Shown in pieces: positions 52,945 through 53,069 of a DNA stretch of 53,069 bases; the stretch's first letter is position 1, and every line of letters begins with the position of its first letter. The stretch lies in the IMG/VR virus record IMGVR_UViG_3300024051_000004, positions 1 to 53,069 of that record, one strand, 5' to 3'. Under the pieces are notes generated by a model. It worked only from the letters and a program-made list of their open reading frames with translations, did not search any database and had not been told where the DNA came from. A program made the translations under genes and the position numbers. The stretch comes from a virus. Lineage: Duplodnaviria; Caudoviricetes.

Positions 52945-52977
52945 GGGTCGCGGGTTCAAGTCCCGTTAGCCACCCCA
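52945..52977 (+). other. 3' half of tRNA-His, probable att core (prophage boundary)
   Basis: GGTCGCGGGTTCAAGTCCCGTTAGCCACCCCA has T-arm, acceptor 3' strand and CCA; no matching 5' strand or D-arm upstream. Confidence 0.75.
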
Positions 52978-52979
52978 AA

Positions 52980-53047
52980 TGGGTCAGATTTGAACTTTCG
53001 ACCAAGGGACCGCCCTTGGTCGAAGTTCGGGCCTGGCCCAACTTTCT
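52980..53047 (+). terminator. Long hairpin plus T-rich tail after tRNA 3' end
   Basis: TTCGACCAAGGG-ACCG-CCCTTGGTCGAA core stem extended by G-U pairs, then ACTTTCTT. Confidence 0.7.
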
Positions 53048-53069
53048 TGCCTCGGCGGCCCATGTGAGC

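Larger units (their letters stand above)
1..52977. mobile_element. Temperate siphovirus/prophage, left boundary outside the window
   Basis: Head, tail, lysis, replication and immunity modules present; tRNA-derived att at right end. Confidence 0.92.

Noticed and set aside
52900-52977. Complete tRNA gene
   Set aside because: No 5' acceptor strand, D-arm or convincing anticodon arm upstream; only the 3' half is present
1-53069. Diversity-generating retroelement, retron or insertion sequence
   Set aside because: No reverse transcriptase or transposase motifs and no template/variable repeat pair noticed

Overview
This window is most of a very GC-rich actinobacterial temperate siphophage, probably an integrated prophage in a Micrococcales/Cellulomonas-like host (host is my inference from composition, WhiB, BldC-like and LAxTG genes). 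Nearly all genes are on the minus strand, so the genome reads right to left. The right end holds a probable att core (3' half of tRNA-His plus a terminator hairpin) and the repressor/Cro switch (51-53 kb). Early genes follow: Xis-like, MazG-like, YqaJ/RecT recombination, DnaQ, a DUF6745 repeat protein, BldC-like, beta-clamp, helicase, two DNA methyltransferases, a sortase-anchored protein, WhiB, replication initiator and DnaB (31-51 kb). An accessory block lies at 23-31 kb, then terminase, portal, head, tail and lysis genes (0.3-22.4 kb). No integrase is visible; it is expected left of position 1. The standout is a translationally coupled, array-less type IV-B-like CRISPR-Cas effector operon at 24.5-29.4 kb with an unusual gene set: cas6e, csf1, cas11, csf2, csf3, an amino-DNA methyltransferase and a cysH-like gene. 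All family assignments come from motif recognition by eye, not database searches.
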